A DNA stretch of 63,584 nt, counting the filler, from Reticulomyxa filosa (lineage: Eukaryota; Protista; Foraminifera), in assembly GCA_000512085.1 (NCBI GenBank). It is 14 parts of 14 records of this genome, joined end to end, with 100 filler letters (N's around TTAATTAATTAA, not from the genome) between each part and the next. Parts side by side here need not be neighbours in the genome. Positions count along the whole stretch, not along the records: positions 21,097 to 38,505 come from ASPP01028632.1; positions 38,606 to 52,462 come from ASPP01005579.1; 12 more parts are not named here. One strand, given 5' to 3'. The notes beneath the pieces were generated by a model. That model searched no databases. It was given only the letters and a program-made list of their open reading frames with translations, and had not been told where the DNA came from. The translations under genes and the position numbers were made by a program. Each line of letters begins with the position of its first letter. The stretch's first letter is position 1. This document shows, in pieces, positions 25,251-39,713 of the stretch.

Positions 25251-26139
25251 TATGATTGATTTATGATCTTCTACAATCCGCAAATCGCCGCAACTATTTC
25301 CAGATTTATATATATTGCTTTCGAACCGTTGATTATTGGAATATAGATTCTATAATTTATAGTATGTTTTTATATTTGATTTTTTTAAACAAACATAAAA
25401 GAAAATTACTTAACTGGCGTTGCTATCCCACGCGGATATCATTTCTTCAAATATTTAAAAAAATTAAAATTAATTTATTGTTCTTTTCTTTTCTTTTTTT
25501 CTTCATTTATTATTTTTTCATTATAACCATTTATTTTTTTTCTTTTTTACATACTTTTTTCTTTTTTCTTTTTCATTTTTCCTTTTCTTTTTTTCTAAAC
25601 CTTTTTTTTTTTTCTTATTCATTATTCTATTTTTTTTTTATTGATATCTTTTTTTTTCTCATCCCTTTTTTTTTTGTTATTCCATTTCTTTTTTTTTATC
25701 AACTTTTTTTCTATCCACCTTTAATAATTATTTTCCCCCTTTTATCTAAATCCAACTTTTAAAAGATAAATACCTCCTGCTACGGTCTTGCTGCGCTGGA
25801 CATCTATACACAAACAAACTTAATTTATAATTATTTAAAGAACAACCAAAAAAATATACATATACATATGATAATTGGACATGCTTTCCACATTCTTTTT
25901 TTTTTCACTATGGAAATCACTTCACATTATTTTTTTTTTTTGATGGGGGGACAAATGAATATAAACATATATTTTTTTCTTTGGGGGAATTCCTATTGCT
26001 TCACAAACACAACAACATTATATAACAAAAGAATATATTATATAAATAAACATAGATATCACAAACTTTTCTTCATCCTCACGGAGACATAGTGGATTTC
26101 AACCCCATTTTTATTTTGTGTGGAGGGAAGTAGAATACA

Positions 26140-28000
26140 TATTATAACGATCTTTGGTTGACAGTAGAACCTATGTTACATAACACAAAGCACACAACAC
26201 TTAAACATATTTTTTTAAAAAAAGATAAATAAAATAAACCTTTGTTTCTCCTTTCGGAGACGGGGTGGTTTCTACAATGTGCTATTCTTTTTTTTATAAC
26301 GGTGGAGGGACTATATTGTAAACAACACAACCCATAGATATAAGTTAAACAAAATAAAAAACTAAAGATTTACCTTCTCTTCCGTTTGTTACTGCTTCAT
26401 AAACATTTACTATATACAAGCAATGACCAAAGCATAATGTATATTATTGCAACGACAATAAATAAATAAAAAATAACTTGGCGACATCACAACAGATAGC
26501 AGACGTTTGAACTGAGATAGCCACTTTGAACTGTTTGTGCATTAGTAGTGGAGCATTCACAGTGTTATTATTGCCATAGAAGGATTTGCGCGGATATATA
26601 AATTTTTATATATGATGATGAGGACACTGTGTGGATGAGCAATTTTTTGAATATGAGCATATTTGTGTCCATGTAGTGCGATAAATGTGTTGGCTGCATA
26701 AGTGCCGTTGAGTACCACGCCCAGGAGAAAGAAGCGCTGCTTTACATAAAAGATAATTAACAATCACGACTGACTTGCAATTAAATTGCTCGTCTTGTGC
26801 GTTTTTGTTCAATATCCTCATATGCGCCAACAGCGCTTCTGTCGCCTTAAAGGCATGTACTGAGAATTTGTCCATGACGACTGACTTTTTGTCACACGTT
26901 CTACCAGCAATCGTAACTGGTCTGACCATGTGCCAAAGTCTCCATCGCCGTCGGCCCATTCTCCACTTAGCAATACAATTACATACTCACACAAACTCTT
27001 GTGATCTGCTTTATCACATGATCTATCCAATTTTTTTGTTTGTATGTTTTTTTAATAAAAAAAAAGTGAAAAAAAAAAAGAACTTAACATTGCAGTTTTG
27101 GACAACACTTGCAAAATATCGGGCGAAGTTTTGCGTGTCAGCAATAATCGCTTGTACTTGGCGTTGGAACGGCACAATTATTGCAACGACGTGTATCATT
27201 TGTTGATTTCTATGTTTGCGCCAACGTGGTACATACAATATTTGATTGCAAATAATGTCTTACTCGCTCCTGACTGTTTGCGCAATTTGCACTCTTCATT
27301 CGACGGTGTCGTGCTTGCAATCACCTCTACTTCACCATTCGCCAATATATTACTTTTTTTTAAAAAAATACTTTTAAAGCAAATTATCACTACTTACTGT
27401 CTCTTGATATACGTAATATCTTTTTTTTTTCATGAACATTTTTTTTTCCATTAAATCTTTATATCACCGTTATTTACCTGTACATCAATACTTTGAATGT
27501 GATTTATAAGATTTCGATGATACACTCGAATTTGATTGGAAAATTGGTAGCAGCCGTTTTAGTATATGAATTCTTCTTGGACTGATCATAGACTTGCTTT
27601 GGATAAGATGTATACGTTCGTTTTCTGATTGCATCGACTCCTTGTTTGAAATTTGCACCCCAGTATAGTTGTTATGTCGTTGTAGACTTATGCAAATTGC
27701 GCACATCCACGTTTTCGGTTTCCACACATTGTTGAAATAGTCCCATAATGTCATCAATATGATCTTATGGTGATTGTTCAAATATGAATGTCCGTTTGTT
27801 AAGTTCCAGCTTGAATTTCTTGTATTCGCGTTTGATACTACCACGACTGCATTTAATACATGCAGCGTCATCAATACAATTTCATATACCAACGATGAGT
27901 TCATGTTGTTGCTGAAGTCTAAGAGTTTTCCACTCAATCTTTTCTTATCCGTTTGCCCCTCTCTTACCGGGTACACTGAACTGAAGGACACCAAATCGGT
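26140..28000 (-). pseudogene. Decayed Cys-rich secreted/surface protein, copy C
   Basis: Signal-like start (MNSSLVYEIVLMTLHVLNAVVVVS), spaced Cys in alternating frames and many disruptions. It is an inverted homologue of 36030-38120. Confidence 0.55.
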
Positions 28001-28699
28001 AATAAAGCCACTTTAAGAGAGAAAAACAAATAAAGTTTGTGGCAAACAAATATATTTATAAAATTTTAAATGATTTATAGAAATGCCGAGTTTGTTGTGA
28101 AAATACAATTTGTTGTACTTGTTCTATGTACATCCACAATAGCTTAAGGCAGAAAAAGAATTGATCTTTTTATCATTTCAAATTCTTTTCACTTAAAAGA
28201 TTAATCATTAATATCCAATCAAAAAAAAGTTAAATAAAAAAAGCACGACCAGTGAATACCCAGCAAAAGTAAGAACAAGTGTTTGGAGCCTCCAGATGTG
28301 CAAAAATACGTACTGACCATCGCTCGTTTATTTTCAACGCACAAGATTTCGGCATCGAGTTAGCATTGTTGCACTCAGTATCATGCTCTTAGGTTTTTTT
28401 AATTTTAGAAGCACTGAAATTGCGCACTTATTAAATTGTGCAAAAAACTTTAATGAGATTTTTATTACAAAATAATATCTTAAAAAAGATTATAAAATTT
28501 ACTTTAGAAATGATTGTATTTGCTTTATTCTGAAAATTTCAACGAATGTGTTTCTAAAAAGGGTCTAGTTCCTTTTTATTTTCTTGTCTTTTATGTTCGT
28601 ACTTAAGTTAAAACTTAGAAAGTGTAAGAGATGCTATGACTTTCGATATAAAAGTGAAAGAATAATCGAATTTGCATGGTATACTGTCTAACGAGACAT

Positions 28700-31600
28700 C
28701 TACGAGATATGTTTTTTAAAGAAATAAGCGGACTTTTCCCTCTGTTGCATTTCTCTTTGGACTCTCCATATCAATTGAAATCAACCAATCACTGCGAAAA
28801 GTGCAAGAGCATAATATTCAAACGCAAAAACTGGGTGCATATGCCACAAACCTTTGCAAATCTCTGAATCTTTTTCGTACAGCCATTGTAGCAATCTCGT
28901 GTTGTCCAGCACAGTCTTTGTAATGTATCTTTTACCCGATTTATCAACTTTCTGCTATTACCCCCCACAAAATCTACTTCTGGTCTGCTTATCGTCACAC
29001 GTGTACTACTTATTAGCAATTTTTTTTCACATACATCTTACTTCAATTTTGTGTGAATATTAATTTCAATTGTTTCATTTGATTCTAATCGCCTTTTATC
29101 AACACAAATTTGTTCGTTCCAGTTTTATATTTTTTCAAGCTTCCCCACAAAAAAGATATTACACAATGAAACTTGTTGATAATGGAAATAATAATAACAT
29201 TGACGAAATTATCTTGTTGTCTTCTGTACAGAGGGATTCACAAATCACACATTAACAATAAAATATGTAAGTGGAAGCAATCATCATTGCTATTTATCAC
29301 TTCTCTTATTGGCAATATTTATGCATTTCAAGAAGATCAATCTCAATTTATTAAACACACCATTTTGTTAGTCTGTGGTATACATTTTCCTGATTTGTTC
29401 AAATGAGAAATACAGCAAAAGAGATTATCGAAAATAAAAAGGAAAAAGAGAATGAATAATTCTATTTCATAGCAATCGAAAATTTTATATTGGATATGAT
29501 GAAAACAATAATGCAATTGAATTGGGTTGAATCACAAAACATAAAAAAATATAGTGTTATAAAATGCACACAATTTCAGACATTAAAAAAAAACGTTGCA
29601 AACAGTGTGTGCAAAAGATTATATTGTGGCCATGTTGTTTTTATTATGTGCGTCCCAACGTCGTGGTATGTATATTTGCTTTGCTTCTGCTGGTGCGGCA
29701 ATAGCAGGTTTTGCAATAAAGATCAAACCTCGATGATGGTGCGATCGAACGTGTCTTTGGCAGCCAATGCAAAATGCAAAGAAGAAATAGAAGATACGCT
29801 AATACAACAGTGGCTCCAAGACTAGACCACGACATTGACGTCTTCTTAAGTGCTCAATAACGACAATGACGGAGCCAATAGCAATAAAAAACGATTGGAA
29901 GGCAGTATTCGTAGCGAGACTTGTATTGAGAGTTTGCACGAATTGTGAGAAGTATGTATATCGTTTTCTTGACTCGGATGTTGCCTTGGAAAATATTCAC
30001 AATTTGTGTTTGATTGAGTGGAGATTGCACCCCAGATATTGTAGACGGACCGATATTGTTTCCCGATCCAACCTCTTTATGCGCCTTTCCATGATACTAA
30101 TTTGCTATTATTTATGTCCTTTTCATGGAGGGGTCACTATATTATTTTTTGGATATCGTTTGAAACTTTTTTAAATAGTTTTTGCAATGCCTCCATCCTC
30201 ATCAAGACAGCATTATTTGCTTCAAGTTCCGCCATTTGTACCGCTTGTGGACTTAGCGCATTCTAGTCCTTGTAAAAACAACAAACAACAAACAACAAAT
30301 TAATTCAAATTAATTAAAAAGAAAGACTTCTTTTAAAGGCATTCAAATTAATCAAGCCAATCATTTCCTGTCGATCTTACTTGACGATAAACCACAGTTT
30401 TTTTTACATCGAAAAAACAGTCCAATCACCGATCAAATTGCAGTAATATTTTCCACCAAGTCAACATGAAAGTCATATTAATTGTACCTTGGAAATGCTT
30501 CCATGCATCTTTGGTATGTCAATATTGGGAGTCACATACGCATTACTATAAATTTGTGCAAAAGGAGATGACTGAAATTTGACCAAGTTATATACGTTGA
30601 TGAGTTGGAGTGAATAGTGAAAGTTTGCGCCAATCTGATATCGTTGTATGATTGTAAACACATAGCAACTCATTGTCAATTGTGTTTCTTTTCCATGCAT
30701 ATAGTCCATGACCACTCATAGTCTCGATGAAACGTGTTTATTGTATTGATCCTCTTCATTCGCATTATCTTCTTGCTTCTCTTGATAAGTTCATACTTCT
30801 TACAGGATTCATTATCACTTGTCATAGTTGTTGACATAATCCATATGTCACAATACTATTGATCTTTCTTTTTCTTTTGTTCTTCCTTTAATCTACTCTT
30901 CTTCCTCATCTTCTTTCTTTCATCCAAACCTACAATTAAATGATCAATGTTCACATTGTTTTGGTTAAGACATTTCACAACAACTGAAAATATGATAAAA
31001 ATAACATATACTTTCAAACAAAGCTGCTGTCATTCGTGCTTGGTTGACATTTGTCCTTTGTATATCTTTCTTTTCTGTGGGAGAATTCCCTCATCGCAAT
31101 TGAATTCAAAACATAGAATGCGTATCATCGACTTCAGAACAACGAATATGCATTTACTTGAACATTTTCTCTTGGTTTGTCGCAATCACAGCTCAAACGT
31201 AGATTGTTGTGTAGGTTCACAAATCAATCAATGTAGTACATGCAATTTGGGAAAGATAGTTTTATCAGAGCTTTGGTGAACAACAAAGAAAAGAAAACAA
31301 CAAGCTGAATAACGATATAATTGCGCTGCCTCTGCTTATAGATTGGGTTCATATTTTATTTACAATTTTTGATAGTAGCTTGTGATACGGATCATATTTT
31401 GAAATTGGAAAATGTAATTTTGAGTTTTTTCTCGTGCCAATTGGTTAATTCGCGGAGCCGATTCCAAGATTACTGAACATGATCTCGATTCACTTGTTTG
31501 CTGGCAGTGTTAATGTGTTGACTGGATATGTCCAATATTTGACTATGTGCATCAACACAATTTGGAAAAGAGGCAATTCGAGCAGTTCTATTATTGGAGG

Positions 31601-32800
31601 AGTTCATGTGGCTCATAAATAGTGCCAATACCATCTATCGCCGATGATAAGTTCAATTCGCTATTCAAAATCTTGACTATTCATCCAAGACAGAGTTAGC
31701 AATGTATACGTGTTATATGCCGATTCTGCTATAAACAAATTGTCAATATCACCACTGTTCACTTAAACAACATTTTTTGTTGTTTCAATGGATATCCACA
31801 GGACTAGCGTGTCAATTGGAGATTAGAAGCTGGTATTCACTCCAACACATACTTGTTCCGAACTTACTTCGACAATTGATTTTTTTTCTCCTTTTGATTG
31901 CGAGATTGAACATATGGAACTTGCCTTGTATCATTTCGATATAACATCTTGGAGGCAAGGCTCAACTTATAAGCATTTAAATGTCGATAATGTGTAGAAT
32001 TTCTTCGACTTAAAGGTAAAAATATTAAAACATTGTTCGATCTTGCACGAGCCTGCTGGTGTCTGAGAATAGATACAACTAAACTCTTTGAGCAAATGTG
32101 GTATAATTAATAGCCAATTTGAGGATTATTCCAGGTGTATGCCCACATGCTCTCAGCAAAGTTGTGGATGTAATAAAACTGTAATGTGCACCAACAATGA
32201 CACTGAAATGCAAGTTTTTTGACAAACGAATGTCCATATCAATTTTTGACCAATGTGGTTGGATGGTACAGTCGTTGTCACTAGTGATCAGTCGCTTTTT
32301 TTTTAGTCCATGTTGGTTCCGAGAAAATCTTATGTGTTGAGAGTATCGTTCGAGATATCTGCGGAAAGCAAATTGTTGGTTTTTGAAATTCATACATATT
32401 GAATTACAATATCTCCATCGAAGCTTCATTCAAGCGACGAGTGTGTATTCATATGCACTAATATATTCCAACTGCCGACGTTGGCGATAAAGTGGGAGAT
32501 ACTGAAGCAGTAGCTCGATTGAACACACATAATAACAATATTTAGATTTTTAGCTGTGTTATATTCATTGGATCCATTGCATTGTTCACTTCTTGCACAT
32601 ACACTCAATATCTTCGCCACATCGAACCGTATAAATAAAAAATTGATATCGAATTTGAATAATATATTGTTGTACCCAAGCTATTCACCAATAAGGACTT
32701 GGCACATTCAAGATTATCAATTATATCTTTTTTCCCGTTCTCGTTGTAGTCGTTGTTGTAAATGATATCAAATGTAATGTTTGTGCTCTTTCGCTTTTGC
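28700..32800 (-). pseudogene. Decayed large Cys-rich ectodomain plus multi-TM membrane protein, copy B
   Basis: Fragments such as VCARSEQC, IMCVQSSYC and CIYSQTPAGSC are followed by hydrophobic segments (WSSLGATVVLAYLLFLLCILH). Numerous stops. Paralogous to copy A; boundaries are approximate. Confidence 0.55.
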
Positions 32801-33949
32801 AAGCCAATATTTTAATTCAGATTGGATTATTCTTTCAATTTGTTCTAAAAACTACCTTTTCTTTTAAATTATCCAAGTTAATGCAAAGACAACGTTTTAT
32901 TCCTTTAACTTAAGTAAAAACATTAAAGAGAAAAAAATATAAAAATGGAACTACCCCCCCCCCCTCTTTTTAGAATAATTTGCTGATATTTCAAATAAAT
33001 CAAATAAAATCATTTTATAAATCTTTTTTTAACATTATTTTTGTATATAATTCTTTTATAATTAGTTGACTTAAAAAAATATATTTAATTCTTTAAAAAT
33101 GTGTCTTGAATGTGCTTATTTCTGAACATATTGCTTATTTATTAACAATAATTATATATATTTATCTGAAAAAAAAAATACGTGAATTATTAAAACAAGT
33201 AAAATATTTTAAAAAATTTTGTTTGAATGAATACGTTAATGAAATAACTTATCTTCTTTGTTATTTGCATGAACAATGTTCAAATTTCGTAATAATCATC
33301 AAACTTTTGTTGTAAAAGACAATTCTGTTCAAAATAAAAAAAAGCTGTTGAAAATTTTTTTAAAAAAAAGTGTTGTTCATGTACTTATTTTTGAACATAT
33401 CACACTTTATATATAAATTGTAATTTTTGTACAATTTAAACAAGGTGTGTGATAATAGAAAAAACTTATGTCATGAAAGTTAATATGTTAAAATACAAAT
33501 TAAAAAAATCATTACGTGATTTTAAATAACTTCTTACTTTATGTCATTTCTTATAAAGCATGTGTTTTTGAAAGCATTTGATAAATTTAATTCTATCGTC
33601 AAATATTTACAATATGATAAAAAATTGTCAATAATATCGATGATTCTACAAATACAAACATTACCAAACAGTTATGCTGGGTTGTATTTACAAAAATTAT
33701 GCAAATAAATGATGTACAATTGACATTAGAATTCATTGTCATTATTTTGTAAACTTGTTTATGATTTTTCAAATGTAAAGATATACGTTATTTGTTTGTT
33801 CTTCATCTAGACAGTGGAAGAAAAGACCAAACAAATGAACTCTTGTTGTGCAAAACAACGTCCACTGACTATCAAAATGCCTTTTCTATAATAAAAAATA
33901 AAGTTGGACAAATGTAACAAGAAGTTACTTTCTGATTGACGTCTTGTCT

Positions 33950-35549
33950 GCTTTGATAAATAAAAGTACAAAACAATAAGTCTAAATCATATTTTTTAAA
34001 GAAAAATAACAAATTCGTTAATATTATTTATTCCAAGTGATTTTGCACATAATTTATGAATAGTTTCAATGTTTTCATTCATAGACCAAAAGATGAAGAT
34101 AAAAATCTATTCAATTGTTTATCATTCAAATTTTGTTGAAATTGTTTCAAGTGATTGCTCACATAGGGCACGAATATATTTAAACATCCAAAAACATCAT
34201 TCAATTGCTTTTTATTTAATTTCATTAAAACATATCCAATAGATTCTGCACACAATTCACGATTTTGTTCATCTTTATCTTTGAATTCATTCACCGAACA
34301 TGTGAAAAGAGAATTAATTTGTGTTCATTCAATTGCATTGCAATTTTTTCAAGTAAACCACAAGATATATCACAATGATATCCATTTATATTTTGAAATA
34401 CATCAATTAAACATTGAAAAGTAATATCCAATTGTTTATCATTCCATTTCTTTGAAAGTGTTACAAGTAATTGTGTACACCGCCAAACGCATCCTATAAG
34501 AGATATTTATATCATTGAATATATATATTAAACAATTGAAAGCATCAAGCAATTGTTTTTCATTCCATTTCATTGAGAGTTTTCCAATTCATTTTCCACA
34601 TTTTGCACAAACATTATCATCTGCTTTTTTGTCGGATAATCGATTAATCAAGCATTTAAAAAGATCCTCTAATTGTTCTTTTTCAATTTCATTATAAATT
34701 AAGTCACATCTGCACCATAATTTCTATTATAAAAATATAAAGAAAATCTATGAATGAAACATTGAAATGTATTATTCAACTGTTTTTCTCTCAATTGTGA
34801 TGAAATCATTGCAAGTACATGTATACAACCATCAAGAATTGCAATCTTCCCACTATCAAAGCATCATCAAAAATTCAAATAGTTTATTCCATTGTCTTTC
34901 ATTCAAGTTCAATGCTATTTTTGCAATTGAAAATGCGCATCTATAGTGAATATTTTTATCAATAAATACATCCATGAAAAATTTAATACAAAGCAAATCT
35001 GCACACTTCCAAATCTGTCTCTTAAAAACTTGTTTGCAATGTTGCAATGATTGTAAATTAGTATTTTTTTAAATTTCACCAAATCCATCTAATAATAATA
35101 ACACCCATGTATTAAATTAATAATGCATTTGGTATTATTTAAATTCCATTGTGAAATATGTAATTCATTTATAATCATTGACCATAAGTATTCGATATTG
35201 TCATTACTTTGATTTTTCTTTTGATCATCACTGTTGTCATTAATGTGACGAAAAACATTGATAATTTTTATCAAAGGAATATATAATAATAGTCTAATAA
35301 ATTTGGCCATTTTTCATTTTCTTTACTTTTCTTTTTTCTTTATTGTTAATTGTTGTTGGATTAAAAAGGGACAATCGAATGTAGCAAGATCATCAAATAA
35401 TGGGATAACTTATTTTGTGATTGGTAATATTGTTTTAATTTTTCTTTCGTTGCATCTAATTCTTCATTTTTATTATCTTTTTCTGCTTCTGAAGTTTTAT
35501 TTTCATAAATTCCTTCCTTTGTTTCTTTTTTTCTTGTTTGACTGCCCAT
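33950..35549 (-). pseudogene. HEAT-like repeat protein pseudogene (lineage-expanded 'LN.KQL..VF.CL' family)
   Basis: Repeated units such as ELCAESIGYVLMKLNKKQLNDVFGCL, IAKIALNLNERQWNKLFEFLM and LNDKQLNRFL are broken by frameshifts and stops. Confidence 0.7.
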
Positions 35550-36029
35550 GATTACTGAGCGTTAAGAAAAATTAGGATGAAGGGATGCTTTAAGTTTTTA
35601 AAGTGTTTTTTTTTTAAGAGTTTTTTTCAAGAATTTTTTTACACCAATCAAAATGAAGTGTAAAACACAAAAATTAGAATATTTCAATGATATGACATGT
35701 CAAACAAATGCAAAGATGTTTTTATTAATATCTCATCATTGCTTTACATGATCATGCAATGATGCAATCCACACGATATATGTTATAAAATTGATTATAT
35801 GAAAGATGCCGCATTTTTAAATGATCAGTGGCTACGAATTAATTGTTGGAAAGAATTGAAGCATTCGCTGGTCCTGCTTTTTCCATTCAAAGTTTTTTGT
35901 TTTCTTGGTTGAAGATTGCATTTTTTTTTATCTCGGCCTTTAAGTAAGCAGGCTGTGACTAAGCTGAAAAAATTTTTAAATGTACATAAAACAAAATACA
36001 ACAATTGCATTTTCCCAATCAACTAAGCA

Positions 36030-37900
36030 TTTCCAGAAATCGTTTGCCAAAACTTTTTTTGTTTTTTCTTAAAGTGACTTGATGTACTTTCGTTTCAGTG
36101 CCCAGGAGGAGAAAATATTGAGTGGAGAACTTTGAGTCATTTCGGCAGCAGCATGAAATCCTTGTTGGTGTTGGTGGTACTACATGTATTAAAAGCATTC
36201 CTGATGGTGTCAAGTGTAACTAATATTAATACATGCAATTCAACTGGGAACGCAACCAATGGACAAATATATTTAAAATATCAATACAATATGAATATAT
36301 TGAAAATATTGTGGAATACATTGGTTAACTACATGTGGAAAATGATAATGTGGAAATGTGCGCAATATCCACAAGTTAAAGGATTGAAAAGCGTATTGGT
36401 GGTGCAAATCTTCAACAAAGAGTCGACATCATTAGAAAACAAAATTATACGTATCCTTCAGAACATTATGATGATCAATGCAAAGCAGTTCAATAAAAAT
36501 TCGTATACAAAAACGCCGGCCATGAATATGTCTACATACAATTCGAGTGTCTTTTCGACGTCTTACAAGTTGACCTTCGATGCATTTATATACAGGTAAA
36601 TCACATGGATAGAAAGACCAAATGGAAAAAAAAATTGTTTATGAAAAAAAAGTGAGGTTTACGTATACCAATAGATAGTAAGTGGAAGGATTGATTGCAA
36701 ATATGATTGATCTGATTTAAAAAGCATATTTTTTAAAAAAAACAAAAATAATAGTGTATTGGAAACTGGCGAAGTAACGATTATAAGGACACCACCATTG
36801 CAAACTATGTCAACGATCATGAGCAAGTATAAGATCCAAGACATTGTTCGCAATAAACTGTTCCTGATACCACGTATCCACCAACACAGAGCTCAGCCAA
36901 TACTATTTGCAGCAAATTTACTTTTTCAAAATCTCGCTGCCCAAACTCTTATTGTCGACTCGCACAACTTCGCCAGCAATTTTGAAATTATTGTCCAAAA
37001 CTGCAATGTTAAGTTGTTTTTTTTTACTTCTTTTTTTAAAAAACCAAACAACAAAAAAATTTATATAAATCATGCGATAATGCATGTCCAAAATTACTTG
37101 GGATGATGTTGTGCCGTTTATAATTGGAACATGAACAGACGACAATGGAGATTTCAATGGTCAGACCAGCTGCAATTGCTGTTACAGCAAAAAGGCAGTC
37201 ATTCAATTGCGCAACCCATGCTTTTAAGATGATAGAAGCGCTGTTGGCGCAAATGAGAAACGGTCATAACGCTTCTGACGAGCAAGTATATTGCAAGTCG
37301 GTCGTGATGCCCGTTCTCTTTTACGCAAATCAGCACTCCTTTCTTAAATGCGTGGACTCCAATGGCACTTAAGCTGTCAACACAAATTTACATACTAATT
37401 GATACAAAATGGTTCGCTTGCATCCACACATTGATCCCGCTCCTAGCTGTGGGAAAATGCTATGTTATAAACTTCTAAATAATGACAAATGGCTATCCCA
37501 ATACAACACGTCGACGATATCATGTGATGCTGCCAAGTTATCTTTGTTTTTTTTATTGTGATTCCAATAACAAACATTATTCATTTGTTTGTTACTTGTG
37601 CATAGGGAACACTAGTTGAGCTAGGAGATGGAAACAAGATGGTGTAAATTGTTGTTAAATTAGAATATTGAATGTGTACCACCACATATTATTGTGGCTT
37701 GCAATGCGAGCGGTGCATTGTAATATGAAACACCAATAGAAGGTAAAATCTTTGTTTTTTATTTATGTTCAATCTATAACTATGACTTGTGTTTATTTAC
37801 AATAGAACAACCTCCAATACAATAAAAAGAAAGAAGAACCTGGGTAGAAACCACCCCCGTCTCCGCAAGGAGAAATAGAGGTTTGTTTTATTGATCTTTT
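36030..37900 (+). pseudogene. Decayed Cys-rich secreted/surface protein, copy D (inverted relative to copy C)
   Basis: Signal-like start MKSLLVLVVLHVLKAFLMVSS. ETGEVTIIRTPP corresponds to ANGEVEVIASTTP in copy C, and IVQNCNVKLFFF to VVQNCNVKFFFF. Multiple disruptions. Confidence 0.55.
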
Positions 37901-39713
37901 TTTTCTGAATATATTCAAATGGTGTATGATTTATAATATAGGTTTCCCCGCCCGCAAATATATACAGATTATGTCCCCTCTTGTACACACAAAAAAAACT
38001 GGGGTTGAAATCTACTCCGCATCAGAAAAAAAAAGAAAGGTTTGTGTATGTTTATATTTATTTATATATTATTTTCTCATATAATTTGATTGTTGTGATA
38101 AATAGGAATTCCCCCTTCAAAGAAAAAAATCATATATGTATATATATATTTATTATGTATTTGTTAGTCCTCTCCCCCAAAAAAACAAACTCATTTAAAG
38201 TGTTTACCACAGGAAAAAAAGAAAATGAAATTGGATCATGCTACACTTATCAAAGTTATAAATATGTTTTTTATTTGTTCTTTAAAATACTAAAATGTAC
38301 TTTGTTTTTGTGTGTACATATGTTCAGGACAAAAAAGTATATGTATGTTTTCTTAAAATAGTATTTGGGAAAAAAGGTGACAAAATTGGATAATACGTAG
38401 GTGGGGGAAAAAGTAATAAGATTGTGAATAAAAAAAAAAAAAAGTAGTAATAAAAAAAAAAAGGATGAATATTAAATTAAAAAAAGTGAGAATAAAAAGG
38501 GAAAANNNNNNNNNNNNNNNNNNNNNNNNNNNNNNNNNNNNNNNNNNNNTTAATTAATTAANNNNNNNNNNNNNNNNNNNNNNNNNNNNNNNNNNNNNNN
38601 NNNNNATCATAAGATATGTTTTAGGCGTTCAGTTTTCTTTGCAACCTACTGTAGAAGAAGTACTTACAAATCTTGCACAAAAATTTGAATAAAAATGTTA
38701 TAAATTTTGTAGATTATTATTTTTTATATCGATTTCCTTTTCACAAACTGTATCATTAACTCATATATTTTTCTCACATAAACAAGTCTTAGGAAAATTG
38801 AAAATTGCTTAAGTTGTAATTAAACCAGAGATTAACATATCTCCTCAATCACTTACGCGAATAATATTTCTCAAGGAGATTTTTACAACTTTCTTTGTTC
38901 CAAAGGCATAGCTATTTTGCATGACAATTTGTGTAAGATTCGTGCGTAATCAATTCAAACCAAAAGAAAGCAAATGTTAGTATGAACAGAAAGAGAACGA
39001 ATAGGGGAAGAACAATCAAACAGACGAATAGTAAAAGGTCCTAATTGTGGTTGTGACTGCAAAAGAGATTTGGAAAGTTTAGTTTGAAAAAAGTGGTTCA
39101 AATTACATAAAAATATGGAGCCATCATCAGCAATAAAAAATTGTTCACGTACGTCCATTTGAAATTTCAAGAGATCAGTGAGAGTTCCAGAGAATTTTAA
39201 ATATAATGTGTATTGTTATTTAGAGGAATCGATAACTACATTTGCTGAATTAAAGTGTGGAATGTCTGCTGCTGAAAAGAACTGCGCAAAGTGTAATACG
39301 AAAGACTGATTAACTCTCATGAGCAAACTTTCAACAAAAATGAAATTTGTAAATAACGAGAAAATAATGATCTAAAACAAACAAGCAAAAGTAAGAAAAA
39401 CAAAGGACTAAGGAGTGAAGCGAGTGTGAACCAGAATAAAGGGAGTTCTGAGGTTCATATAGATTTCTGGTAATGATTAGTATTTTACGTACTACAAAAG
39501 ATAGTTGGTGAAAACCTAATTTTATTGATTTTTGATCAACAGTAGTTAGTCAAAAAAGGTCTCACTGTTAACATAAAGAAAGTGCAATATTTTATGACTT
39601 TCCCAATTAAGTTGAAATTGACAAGTTTTTTAACAAGATAAGGATAAACATGCCCTTTTTTTGTTCCCACCAACTCCACAAACGAGAGTAACAAAAAACA
39701 AACATAACCAAAG

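Noticed and set aside
25256-25762. 168-aa Phe-rich 'membrane protein' and similar F/Y/I/C-rich ORFs
   Set aside because: These are translations of poly-T and (TA)n low-complexity DNA.
22500-38505. Stop-codon reassignment or RNA editing explaining the broken ORFs
   Set aside because: All three stop types and many indels occur at different positions in paralogous copies, while other genes in the window read normally with the standard code. Ordinary pseudogenisation is simpler.
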